A model generated the notes under the pieces. It worked only from the letters and a program-made list of their open reading frames with translations. It searched no databases and had not been told where the DNA came from. A stretch of 64,000 bases of DNA from Oikopleura dioica (Eukaryota; Animalia; Chordata). A program made the position numbers and the translations under genes. The stretch is taken from assembly GCA_907165135.1 (NCBI GenBank), contig OU015566.1, forward strand, positions 12,462,001 to 12,526,000, read 5' to 3'. Each line of letters begins with the position of its first letter. The stretch's first letter is position 1. Below, piece after piece: positions 24,201 to 34,201 of the stretch.

Positions 24201-27200
24201 GCCACCATCCACGACAGAGATGTCAGCGCCGATTCGCCTTCCAAGTACGGCTCCATCGTCCGTGAGCGCTTGGAATTTCTCCACGATGTCGCCAAGATCG
24301 CCAACAAAAGCGCTGATCTTGAAATGGAGAAAAAGCTGGACAAGGCTCATCGCGCGCGCCCACTTCGCAAAGGAGACCAGGTGACTCTGTACCGACCTGT
24401 CTCCAAAGCCGCAAAGACCAACGGTTACGACTGGATTGGCCCGTTCACGGTCATCACTGCATCTGAAAAGGTCGTGAAAATCAGATGTAACAACGACAAA
24501 AATAGTGTTGACTGGGTGCACAGGGCACATCTACGCTACGTACCTGAGCGATTTGTGCATCTTCGAAATTCTGAGCTGATGCGCGAGCTCGATCTTCTTG
24601 AAACTTCAGCTGATCCGCTCATCTCGCCAGAAAATCGACCGGAGAATGCATCTGGAAGTTATCCTGTAGCTCCTGACGCGCTTCCAAAAGTTGGGAGGCC
24701 GGCTAAGGAAAATTTAACTTCTGGAAATTCGCGGAAATCTCCTGGACCTACCTCAAAACTACGAAGAACTCAACCAGCTTCGACAACTTCTTCATCAGAC
24801 CCAAGTTCTGCAGCTTCGACTTCTCTACCAGCTCTTCCGGCGATCGATTCTTCGTCAAGTTCTCTAGCTCCAGCTTCGACGACGTTTGCGCCCGATCCCC
24901 GACTCGTTGACCTCTTCTCTAAACTAGAATTGCGTCAAATGAGGAAAAGCAAGAGACAGAAGAAGAAGCCAGAAAAGTTGTCTCTCGATCCGAAGAAGAA
25001 AACTTACGCTGCTGATCGCTGATTGGCCGACGCGCGATGATTGACTCATCGGATTCTTCGCTCGACTTTCTGGGTAAAAGTTCTCACCCACTGGACTGCT
25101 CTGCTATTAGACCGCCGCTGCTGCTTTCCCTTCTGCCGCGTCGTTTTCCCTTCTGGACTGCTGCGCGACTCTCCTTTTCAACTCGACTGCTTTTGGATCT
25201 ATCATCTCAACTCTACTTCCTTCAAGAGAAATCCACTACCGTCACTACGCTAGAAGATTTAGAGGGCTGTTAGGTCGAGAAGTAGCCGTTAGATCTGATA
25301 AGGATCGAGGCGCCACGTTCCTATTCTGCACTGCTTCAGTCCGTATTCTACCAACCTTGAATACACAACAAAAACCAACTACCACTTTTCGTGTCGTTTA
25401 TCTAGACCTATTCTACAGTAGAGAAGCAGGGCAAGACCTCGTGAAATAGAAGGCATTTCCGACCTATCAAAAATAAAATTTAACCATGTTAAATTAGCAG
25501 ATTTCGTCAAAAGAAATCAGTTTATAAGGAAAATTTCGAGGATTTGGGCGGGACGGAAATTTTCACTCTGAAGCCAAATTTTTAACCCGAGGACAAAAAA
25601 ATTTTTTGATGATGGATTCGGATTCCTCATCGAAAAAGACCCCGAAAAGTGGGGGTTCATTCTAAATTTTGATGAAGTAGAGTTTGAGTTATCGAGCTTC
25701 GAAGGTGCTCTGCGCAGAAATCTGCGCAATATGCGTTCAAGCGTTAAGAAGTATTATTCAATAATCTCCTACAAATTCTCGTGAATACACATGAAATTCC
25801 CATAATCAAATTAATGTACCACCCGAAAAATATCCTGTTTTCTTTCTTCTGAAATATCAGTATGATTCAGCCGCATCTCAAAATTATCATGAATTGTGTG
25901 AAAATATCTCCCGATCTATATAAAGCCCTCATTTTTACTCATTTTCTAAAAAGAAAGATTTTCGTTTTGAGATGAATTATTACCCCTATTTGACAACCAA
26001 CATGTCCTACCCACAATTGATCCCAACCTATTGCAATATCACTGATAGCATCGTCTACACCACTCCTGCCCCAGCTAACAATCCAAATCCAGGACTTGTG
26101 AAGCACGAAGAACTCGACGATCGCGCCTTTGACGCATTGAAAGAGTTCGAATGTGAAGGAGCCTGCGCCGTGCTGCAGCAATTCAAGGATTCCAACCTGT
26201 CCCATGTCCAAAACAAAAGTGCCTTCCTCTGCGGAGTGATGAAGACTTATCGACAGGTAAGATTATTGCTCACTTACGACTTTGATTTCTAACTTGATTT
26301 GCTCACTTTAAATCTGCTTGATTTTAACGGCCGTTCTCTTCCTTGATTTCAAATCAAATTCAAATAATCAAAAGTAAGGGGGTAGAAGGCAAAGTTCAAC
26401 TCCCTTATAATACACAACCATAAATCCTAATGAGATGAACCGATAATCAATAACCAGAAAACGCGCTCTTGAAGTCTAGGTTGAAAGTTTTCATTCTACC
26501 CTAGCGCCAGAAGGCGATTGCCGAGGGTCGCCTCCAACCAACACCTCATGGGCACCCCGATGAAGCAAAAATCAAGGAGCTACTCAACCGCACCAAGTAC
26601 AACCTTGACGTCACCACCGGCCAGCGCAAGTACGGCGGCCCCCCACCCAAGACTGTTTCTGATAAAGAGCAGCCCGCCGTCGGCGCTGAAGTGTTTATCG
26701 GCAAAATTCCTCGAGATATGTTTGAGGGTAAGTTCTCGTCAATCCCTTTTCTTGCTGAATCAATCTTCAGATGAGCTTGTCCCCCTTTTTGAAAAATGCG
26801 GCCTCATCTGGGACTTCCGACTCATGATGGACCCAATGACTGGCCAAAACCGTGGCTACGCTTTCCTAAGGTGAGTGTACTCTCCCTCTATTTCAATCGA
26901 TCATTATTTCAATATAGCTTTGTTGAACTGTCCGCTGCGCGGAAGTGTGTCGAAATGTACGACAGATTCGAAATCCGCAACAAGCGCGAGCTTCATGTGA
27001 CTATCTCCCAGCCCAACAATCGCCTCTTCGTCGGATCGATCCCAAAAACAAAGACTAAGCGTAAGCCCACCTTCTTTACCCACTCCCTTATTCGCTTTTC
27101 AGAGGAGATTCTCGACGAGTTCTCCAAGCACACGAACGGATTGACAGACGTTATTCTGTATTATCAAGTTGAAGAAAAAAACAAGGGTTCTGGTCTCCAG

Positions 27201-28714
27201 AAGAACCGCGGATTCTGCTTCTTAGAATATGAAACCCATCAAGCTGCCTCACAAGCCCGACGAAGGCTTCTTTCCGGTAGGACTTACCACAATCCGAAAA
27301 AAACTAATGCTAGCGTTAAGAACATCAGCTTTTTAATTAAATATATGATTTAGATAAATTAAATTAATTATATATGCTTGTAGAATATTATAGTCTAAGG
27401 TATGTGCTGCAAACATTTGCACGAATATTGCACGAATTCAACTATACCATTGTACAATTGTTTTCTTTGACCTCAACCATATTCTAGGTCGCGTCAAGGC
27501 CTGGAACAACCTCATTGTCACTGTCGACTGGGCTGACCCTATCAACTCTCCAGGCGATGATATCATGGATAAAGTTAAAGGTAGCAGCATCGTTTCTTTC
27601 ATCCAAGTTTACCTTTGATTTCAGTTTTATACGTCAAGAATTTGGCTTCAATGGTCAGTGAAGATCTCGTCACCCAAACCTTTGCGGCCTTTGGCGATAT
27701 TGAAAAAGTCAAAAAGCTGAAAGGTGGGAGTTGGGGTAAGCAAACTTTTGTGACAATAAACAAAATGGTGATATAAAAGGCCGTGATTATATCCGAGTAA
27801 TCCGTTTGGTGATTTAAATCTGCATGTATTTATATAAGTTTGTGATTTGGGGGAACATTAGTTGCTAAAACCGATTGTTTGACTGTTCTTTTTAAGATTA
27901 CGCATTTGTCCACTTCAAGAACCGTGATGAAGCTCGCCGTGCGATGTCTGAACTCAACGGACTCAACTTGGAAGGTCAATGCATCGAGATTTGCCTCGCC
28001 AAACCACAGGACAAGAAACTCAAGGAAAAGAAACTCGAGCGTCAGATGCAGAAGCAGATGGCCATGTCAGGTTAGCGTCCCTCTTCTTCAATGTTTTATA
28101 AGAACCGATAATTTCATCAGATGAAGGTCGTTTTAACGACTGTCCTCTTCCTTGATGTCAATCGATCGAGTTGATACTGTCAGTTGATTAGGTTATATCA
28201 ATATTTAATATCAGTTAATTTCCTCGATAGTTTATCTAGTCGATTAATCACTGTTTCAGGCGGTTTTGGCTTCGGAAAAGGGCAGGGAATGATGCCTGGC
28301 ATGCCTCGCTTCCCAGGCCATCCGCCATCGTGGATGAACGGAACTGGATACCCGTACGGTGGACCTGGAGGCTACAGTGGCGGCCCGAGCAATGGATACG
28401 GAAATGGTGGAAACGATCAAGCGTGGAATGGCTACTCTGGTTACGCTGGCGGATACGGTGCTCCTATGGAGGTGACACAAGTTTATCTGGCCGTAAGGGA
28501 CTATCTTTTTCAGCAGTACATGAACGGTTACGGTGTCCGGAGTGGCCCAAGCGCCCGTGGCGGCTACTATAACCGCGGATCCAACCCCGGTCAGAACAGC
28601 GGCAATAACCGAAGCGGTGGACCCAAGCGCGGCTACAAAGGCGGCAAGTCTCGAAAATCGCAGAACCACAACGCCAACCAACAACAAAACAATCACCAGA
28701 GCAACCAACAGTAA
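18275..28714 (+). CDS. SYNCRIP: hnRNP Q/R (SYNCRIP-like), with a 7.6-kb intron 2 (18482-26092) that contains the retrotransposon
   Basis: Exons 18275-18303 and 18348-18481 ([25 protein letters not shown]) splice in phase to 26093 ([34 protein letters not shown]). Then three RRMs ([29 protein letters not shown]) and a G/Y/R-rich tail. Confidence 0.93.
18828..19029 (+). repeat. 5' LTR
   Basis: TGTTAGGTCG...CGACCTATCA with terminal inverted repeat; direct repeat of 25268-25469. Confidence 0.97.
19032..19049 (+). promoter_or_regulatory. Primer binding site
   Basis: TGGTGACGTACGAG begins 2 nt after the 5' LTR. TGGTGAC complements a tRNA ending GTCACCA, as animal tRNA-Trp does; primer identity unconfirmed. 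Confidence 0.7.
19666..20907 (+). CDS. gag: Gag-like protein without a CCHC knuckle; basic C-terminus
   Basis: 413-codon ORF from first ATG 19666, positioned between PBS and pol. Confidence 0.85.
   Translation: MAPPTHLLYMPADDIETASRANLQKWSNTLMDFVVTNLNDSDQKDNVQLAAAQQKLMVAQLGKAPVKSTTSSITPSHLVEIRQAFELEKETDLSDADEVEVWIRKIRQAKADFVDHLSKAQQPEAEALLARTARKYFSNEVRQSFSRQNLPLSTVDQLVEAMESMYSSKRSIFQHLKRTHDVKYTKSKGLQAYISELTEAQRQAFRQVERLKLRVAKPDVTIIDEATADYTTSTDSAVKMEAGLKRPENYVCKCAVKAHEFSDLTAACLAYLKISELFPAVALKLCDQIDDCRTAQDVYNKAKLLIDRLPSNMTSEDAAAFGVKNGTWNKKSSKDGQTEKKKPSLEATLQSICDRLSNLEGKNPAPKSDDADSKNKKKQGRKNKTTNARAAETEAAPASLAPQSNHFRLSDQE
20907..25022 (+). CDS. pol: Pol polyprotein (PR-RT-RNase H-IN)
   Basis: PR IIDNGSD; [20 protein letters not shown]; RNase [14 protein letters not shown]; [22 protein letters not shown]; S/P/T-rich and basic C-terminal tail. 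No stops. Confidence 0.97.
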   Translation: MPCAPDLSDSFCAHSSFHRPSLPWFVNFKLTLGGSTFAVKDGIIDNGSDDLLIPKRLIPADLLDNLDDCDYTINGVNGARQALGQFVSAVDIDGAIFKNIRVIVTDHEATPALIGRTVIDHPSNVSFGRTGTEIIVQRRLAPGDPIFTEKFKINGYHSDPWNVAQETTKAHLSSRPARHVIEVMSSGAHNSAGDAKSSPSVEQMSSSPRKSTVSTVQPSSRDKPDINASTTELLDWLETKKNLKLPRDHQNAEELRTAALLMVEFDDVFGGDNEPLGEFCKPVRIPTTGKSASRKQHQIPYKNQEAVDAEVDRMERITAIEPCKNPQGFNTPLHCVDKKDGSPRVVANFKNTLNLVLKDPDPYTMPNLREIFNEVRPGMMYMASVDYRSGYWQIPIDKRDRHKTAFTWRGKTWQYTRLPFGLSCAGQIFSRCVGEALETITNRDGIYVYIDDVLIATPTFGAYVQRLRSLFEASRQFGLRLHPGKCNFLAKSCKFLGRVLSPEGMSVDPDHASGVDSLAPPTSRSELRTLLGRLTFIREFLETRLYERIDTSCFSQLVHELNKLNRDGDFYWPPEAQAAFERVKKRLKSSPMISYPDPTRDFLLVTDASEVAVGAVLMQLVDGKDKIVGVASRTFTAVETRWSTTEREAYGILFGVRRFDYFLRGRPFVVKCDHAALQYIDSVDHKNAKLSRWMDELSSYRFCVEYIPGEQNVWADMYSRPFGIKKPVHSDIHTPAGKFVDFENGLRAYIPSWSMKDQVPAPVGTSKNLLREGITRALIASKDEFILTDAAEGYLQLASDQRADSSIGPLISALGKFQKDPTAIRLDRNDHNYDVFRVNWPYFRICKRTDLLLHVKDGKYRQVLTPEHAIRLLRNSHDDCAHPGTSRVADSLQSYWWPAMEEDIRNYVASCLICAKKKGNQGHPSSPNIGHCRRGERPFQVIFIDFTVFDKVNGKKFCCTILDSFTKFFIAKPVPGERAIDAARTIVEEVVLRHHVIPSIVSSDRGTAFISATMGELYKQLGIVAEKHTAFRPQGTGNLERQHRTFKSMIFMLEHERHMNWIDAAPYAVAFMNSHKNSSTGQAPHTLVTGRRSRLTIQATIHDRDVSADSPSKYGSIVRERLEFLHDVAKIANKSADLEMEKKLDKAHRARPLRKGDQVTLYRPVSKAAKTNGYDWIGPFTVITASEKVVKIRCNNDKNSVDWVHRAHLRYVPERFVHLRNSELMRELDLLETSADPLISPENRPENASGSYPVAPDALPKVGRPAKENLTSGNSRKSPGPTSKLRRTQPASTTSSSDPSSAASTSLPALPAIDSSSSSLAPASTTFAPDPRLVDLFSKLELRQMRKSKRQKKKPEKLSLDPKKKTYAADR
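25252..25267 (+). promoter_or_regulatory. Imperfect polypurine tract
   Basis: AGAAGATTTAGAGGGC abuts the 3' LTR. Confidence 0.6.
25268..25469 (+). repeat. 3' LTR
   Basis: Identical by eye to 18828-19029. Confidence 0.97.
25917..25924 (+). promoter_or_regulatory. TATA-like box of a putative internal SYNCRIP promoter
   Basis: TATATAAA about 50 nt upstream of ATG 25972, which reads in frame into exon 3. Confidence 0.4.
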
Positions 28715-29953
28715 CGAACAGTCACTGTTGAAAGTTCCTTCATCGTCCTGCGTGTGGCCTGCTCCATTCTCTTAGCAAATCTTAATTGATCTCTCTCCTC
28801 TCCCTCTCTTTTTTCCACTACAATGTTCTCCTGCAGCGGTTCAATTTGACTCCCACGTGACTGCCAATCTCTCCTTTTTTTAAATAGTTATAATAAGATC
28901 TGTTAGCCCTTCGTCTGGGTCCATTTTCCTTCAGTTGAGAAATCTTCCGTTCTTCAAATATAATAAAAAAACCTCCAAAAGACTTAGAATTTTGAAAGCT
29001 TTCGAAACAAACCCAGTAAGCCTAACTGTATGTGATACCCACAAGTAAGTCGTGTTCGCAAGATTTGTGGCTAATGCAACTTAACTCGTATTTATTTAAT
29101 TTCAATATTTCCTGACGTAGAATTTTTCTAATTTCCAATTGTCAGATATTACCTACACTCGAAAACATTACACGCGCCACGCCCTTATGGCCATTTCTAT
29201 CTTGCCTTGGGGCGAGCAATCGATCCACAAGGTCGATTCAATTCATCGTTAGGTTTTTGCTCATAGGTTTTTCCAAGAAATTGTTACTTTCTTACCATTC
29301 TAGTAATGATTTTTACTATACATTTTTGAAGTTCAAATAAAGAAACGCCCGTCATGTTCATCCCTTCGAGATTCAACCTAAAAACCAAGATGCCAAAAAA
29401 TGCTTGTAAAACTTCCTTAGAGAACAGTTTCCCCTTGCTTCAGTAACTTTTTCCGACTGCCGGAAAAACTAAAATTACTGAAGCAACGTCCTTAATTAAC
29501 AGCGCGTTGACTCTTCATACTTCAATACGAAACAAAAGAAAAAATAAAGTTGAACCCTTTTTGCCTCCCCGCAAGAATATGTGAGCGTGCATCGTCAAAA
29601 AAAAATACCGCGAGACTAAGACCCTCGCGGTAGTCAAATTTCTCGATCCATAAAAAACTGATCTACAAATTCTCTTCCTTGATTCCTGATCGAAATTCTC
29701 TCTAATTGTATACCTGTCTGAGTATTTGTCTCTTTCTCTTAAAATTACTCCTCCAAATTTATAACCTCTATCTATCCTAATGCTAGTGTGTACTATTTTT
29801 AATTCAGTAATATCATCGTATTTTACCCTCCTATTATCTATTTTCGGACGCACCAGACGATGCATCAAAATCAGCGGTTTTCCCTCTTGAATTTTACTTC
29901 ATCAGGAATATTTAATTCTTGTAAAGAGCTTTTCTTTCAATTCCGACACTAGA

Positions 29954-32900
29954 ATGGGGCAGAATGAGGGTCAATTTGGGGCCCTCACTGGCAGCGCACT
30001 CATTTTTAATACTGTTGTCGGAATGGGTATTTGGGCGCTCCCAAAGGTACGACTTTTCAACCCTTTTCCTCCATTCATCCACTTTTTAGATGATTTACGA
30101 AGCAGGGACAGTAGCAGCGTATTCAATTTTGATCTTCTGCGGTTTCATTTCTTTCGTCGTCGCTTCTTTCATCAACGAACTACAAGGGGCAGCAAATGCA
30201 GTCAAGAAAACCAACCTTTCGAAAAGCCCAAAGAAGGTATTGAAAGAAGACGAGGTCAATCTCATTACCCCGGATGATGAGGAGCCGGACAGAATAGGAA
30301 AGGTTGACGAACGCGAAATGCGAAGAACTAGGCACAAATAAGACACTGTCATGATCAAATCATTAGTAATTTTAAGATAAAATAAACCATAACTAGTCAA
30401 TTAAATGATTAATCTGGCCTTCATATAATCAGGATTATCAACAAAGCTGGAATTTCGCGATCAGTTCTTGGGAGTAAATCGGCGCAGTGGTGTAAGTCGC
30501 CAAGAAGAGAAAGTCGGGGTACTCTCACCCGCCGGGTTCAATTCCCGCTGCGAGTAAGAACCTTTCATTACTAGAAGAGGTAATTGGGAGGAACGCATCC
30601 TAAAAGGGGGTATGCTGGGACGAAATATGGCAAACGCCATATTTCCCCCCTTTTATTGTTCACAATAGTGAATCAACTTACGGGAAAAGCTTTTCATGCA
30701 TGGACGATGGGCCACGGAATCACTTAAATTTCCTTAGTCTCAACCTTTCTAAAGACCAAGCCACAATCTACTCCGTCACCGAGCGTTTTGAACTCACCTC
30801 CGCCGTCAAGCTCATACTCGGCGACTGGCCAGCAAAAATCAACAACATCCTCATTATCCTCTCCCTTCAAGTCGCAGTATGCGCATACATCGTCACATTC
30901 GCCGAGACGTTTAGAAACCTTTACTGCCGCCCGCTCACTTGTCAATCTGACAATTTCACTGAAGAAATGGATGACTCTGCGAAAGTCATGTGTGGCGAGA
31001 CGGAATACACCGAGAAATTTATTTATACAATGGCGGTGATTATCATTCTGGCAGTCACAGCACCTTTTTGCGCAATGGGTAGGTCTTTGGAAATGAATAA
31101 ATTAGTAGACATTTTATATAACTGCCATGTGTAATTCATCACGCCTGGCTTCGGAATCCTGTCAACAGGCAAATCATGACTTGATTTAGTAAATTTCGAT
31201 TCATAACTGCGCGTCTGTAAAACCAGGATCTCACTGTATCTTATAAGGTGTGGGGAACAACACATCCGTTCAAATGCTCGGAACGATTTTCCGCTGGATC
31301 ACCATCATCCTCGTTTTGATCATCTCAATCGCGCGCGTTGGCGACTCTGACGCAAAATTCTCGTCCTCGCCGACAAATTGGGTGCGGATGCCGCTGATGT
31401 TTGGCATGGCGAATTCCGCTTTTGGTTGCCACGAAGCGCTACCTTCACTGCTTTTTCCTATCAAGCAAAAACGCAACAATGTGAAAATTCTCGCCGTGAC
31501 ATTTTTGCTCATCGGCTTGCTTTTCATGCTCTTGACGACAACTGCCCTGACAGCTTTTGACGGACCCGATATTGCCGATTTATACCTTCTCAATTTTCAG
31601 GTGAGCTTTTTCAGTTTATTTACAGTTCTGTGGTGTCAATATTTATCACTTCTTCGTACGTCGGTGGCAAGTCGATCTCTTTGCCATCCTCTTTTGGTTC
31701 TATTATATCTCGCGGCAGTGGCGAAGTTGCGTTTCCATAATGAATATATGCACTATCTTCGGTTGCATTCGAAGCTGATCTCTCGATGCTTCCTACTGCC
31801 GTCGCATTTTCATAAGTATAAGCATCATTTACCGCATCATTCTCGGACTGTTGCGATTCGGCATCACTGATGTTTTTCTTCCCACAATTCGTAAGACAGT
31901 CAAACTGATGTGGAATATTTTGCAAATTCGTGTCACATATTTATTTCTTACCATTAGGGCAACAAACAGGAATCCGCCTATTAAAATTAGTAAAACTGAA
32001 ATAAAACCCTCTGCAGCTTCGTTTGTCATTTCTCAACAGTTGAAAACTTCAGTCGAGTCTGAACTTTAGCGCGATTCTTTGATAAATATAAACATGAAGA
32101 GTCGATTTGTGAATAGTAAATCACAAGATTCTGTTTTGCTGATAAAAAAACAGTGGTATCAGATCTTGATATCTACTTTATTTACAGTTCTATGGATTGC
32201 CCATTGATGACTTCTTCGTATGATGGTGGCTGGTCCTCTTTTGGTTGTATGATTTCCAGAGGTATATGACTGTCATAAGCATTGTTTTCTATCGCAATAT
32301 CAGGTTCTGCAGATTCCGGATCTCTATCACTGATTTTCTTTGTGCATTTCTCAGCAAAAAAGCACTTGATGGATGAGATTCTTAGAAACGTATTCATTTA
32401 TTATCAACTTACAAAGAGGACTACAGAACCAATAGCGACAAACAATAGAAGAAGCTTCAATAACAGGACTTTAGTTTCATCGTTCATTTTCTCTTCATTT
32501 GATCTATTAGTAGTGGGTACTCAGAATTTTGGTGCTTTTATTTGGTAAGTATAAACAGAGACGCTTTCAGACCAGTTGCAGTTTGCATTCGCAGATTTCA
32601 ATTTCAAAATCTTCATGTTCCTCGGTCGGTTTCGTTGATAACATCATCATAAGTCGGCGGTAAATCGATAACGGTCTCGTTTTTTACTTTTGCAACTTCT
32701 AAGATGTATTTTGAATAAAGATGTACAAACAGATTCGTTTACCTTCAGAGACAACGGATTCATTTGGAACATATGCATTATTTTCGTAAACAATCTCGAA
32801 CTCCTCTTCTCCGGGATCACAATTTATATGACAAGCTGGCTTGTCAATTATGCTACCGGTATTGTCGCAGACACCACAAAAATAGCACTTTGCGATAATT

Positions 32901-34201
32901 AGTTGAATCGCTCAAACAACTTACAAGTGTCCACACGATAGCGAACGTAGCAGTTACACCGATTATGAGAAAAATTTCTGTATCACTCAAAGAATCTCTA
33001 GTACTTTTTAGTTCTTCCATTTTATATTCAATTTCAGGCAGTCTGCAAAGTTCGATTTTTGGTGATCTTGTTTGCTAAATAGAAACATGGAATTTTCACG
33101 GGAAAAGTTCGTTTTTTTAGCGAAAGTCATGTTTGTTTACAGTAAATAATTTACTGATTAAAAGTCTTCATTCTGGTTTTCTTCCATAACTGCATCATAT
33201 GCCGGTGGTAGGTCATCAATGATTTGAGAGCCTTATTTTTCATCACTTTGTAAACTACGAATGGTACCTTCGGGGACATAAGACCGAGTTTCGGCAGCTG
33301 GTCACTTTGCTGAATATCTCCAGTTGATGTTCTTTGCGATGAATTCCCACTTACAGCCTCGCTGGAGGAAGAACAACCCTCTGACCGACAGAATAAATAC
33401 TTATTTTTTATGGAGTAGTTGAAGAATAAGGCGTTTGGAATCTACCATGAAAAGTAAAGCAAGTGATCCAAAAGTGACGAGCACTCCTATTGCCAATCCG
33501 TCCATCTTTTCTCTTCCAAGTTTCTAACTTTCTTTGGCCAGAATTTAGAGTACAATAGTTTGCCAGGAAGACGATTTACTATCCATAGTAAAGTTAGCAT
33601 TGCTAATTTGCATTTGCAAATTGCAGGAGAATACAGAAATGATTATGTACTTGTTATTACTCATGAGTCAATCATCAAAATACTGAAAATTAAAATGATT
33701 CTCTCAGAACGACTGCGATCTGGTGAAAAGCTCCTTTGTTCGGATGATCCTCACATTTTACCCTATCATTCCAGGTAAGCCAGTTCGCCATAATAATTGA
33801 CTAAAACTCGAACTTCAGCTGTTACGAATTTCATCATTTTCCACGTCGTTTGCCAGCGCAACTTGGAAGTGATGCTTCCCTTGCCAAAAGCTCTCTCCAA
33901 ATCGTCACTCGTGTACCAGAAGATCTTTCTGATGACTCTCTCCAGCATCACTCCTCTCATCATCTCCTTGACAATCACCAATGTCGGACTGATCTTCAGC
34001 GTCGGCGGTGCATTCACGACCATCTTCAGCTCTTTTTTCTTTCCAACGCTGATGGTAATGCGCTCGCGATCGATGCTCGCTGACGTCCCCGTTAAAAATC
34101 CACTTGCAAGTCCGATGCAAAGTAACTTTTGGATCTTTTTGGTATTCTTGACCATCGCAGGGACTGTCGCTGCCAATGCTATTGCCATCTTTTTTCTGTA
34201 G
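29954..34201 (+). CDS. TMEM104-like (Aa_trans / SLC38-related) amino-acid transporter
   Basis: IFNTVVGMGIWALPK..EAG..FISFVVASFINE; CHEALPSLLFPI. Exon ending LYLLNFQ at 31600 splices to 33708 (NDCDL..FYPIIP) and to the final exon ending at 34201. Confidence 0.85.
30464..30561 (+). ncRNA. tRNA-like/Pol III-box structured element in a transporter intron; not a canonical tRNA
   Basis: A-box-like GGCGCAGTGG (30481) and B-box GGTTCAATTCC (30535) with class II tRNA spacing; canonical acceptor and anticodon stems do not form. Confidence 0.4.
31620..32029 (-). CDS. Nested small single-TM protein with PPxY motif, copy 1
   Basis: MTNEAAEGFISVLLILIGGFLFVALM | FDCLTNCGKK..DLPPTYEEVINIDTTEL*. Confidence 0.8.
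32182..32487 (-). CDS. Nested small single-TM protein with PPxY motif, copy 2
   Basis: MNDETKVLLLKLLLLFVAIGSVVLF | CFFAEKC..DQPPSYEEVINGQSIEL*. Confidence 0.8.
32613..33020 (-). CDS. Nested small single-TM protein with PPxY motif, copy 3
   Basis: MEELK..IFLIIGVTATFAIVWTL | CYFCGVC..ENNAYVP.. | ..DLPPTYDDVINETDRGT*. Confidence 0.8.
33158..33505 (-). CDS. Nested small single-TM protein with PPxY motif, copy 4 (last splice unresolved)
   Basis: MDGLAIGVLVTFGSLALLFM | YLFCRSEGC.. | ..DDLPPAYDAVMEENQNEDF*. The most obvious donor is out of phase with the PPxY exon; an alternative phase-1 donor is needed. Confidence 0.6.

Larger units (their letters stand above)
18828..25469 (+). mobile_element. 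Full-length Ty3/gypsy LTR retrotransposon, env-less, very recent insertion
   Basis: Two 202-bp LTRs (TG..CA) identical by eye; 5-bp TSD AAAAT (18823-18827 and 25470-25474); PBS, gag, pol in PR-RT-RH-IN order, PPT. Confidence 0.97.
18535..25739. mobile_element. Probable old MITE-like element (about 560 bp without the insert) defined by a ~42-bp inverted repeat pair flanking the LTR element
   Basis: 18535-18576 TGAACGCATATTGCGCAGATTTCCGCGCAGCACCTTTGGAGC is the imperfect reverse complement of 25696-25739. No TSD identified. Confidence 0.5.

Noticed and set aside
25037-25273. 78-aa ORF after pol as an env gene
   Set aside because: Too short, no signal peptide or TM, and it runs into the 3' LTR.
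29515-29868. Mitochondrial insertion (NUMT)
   Set aside because: Reading AGR as Gly gives no recognisable mitochondrial protein.
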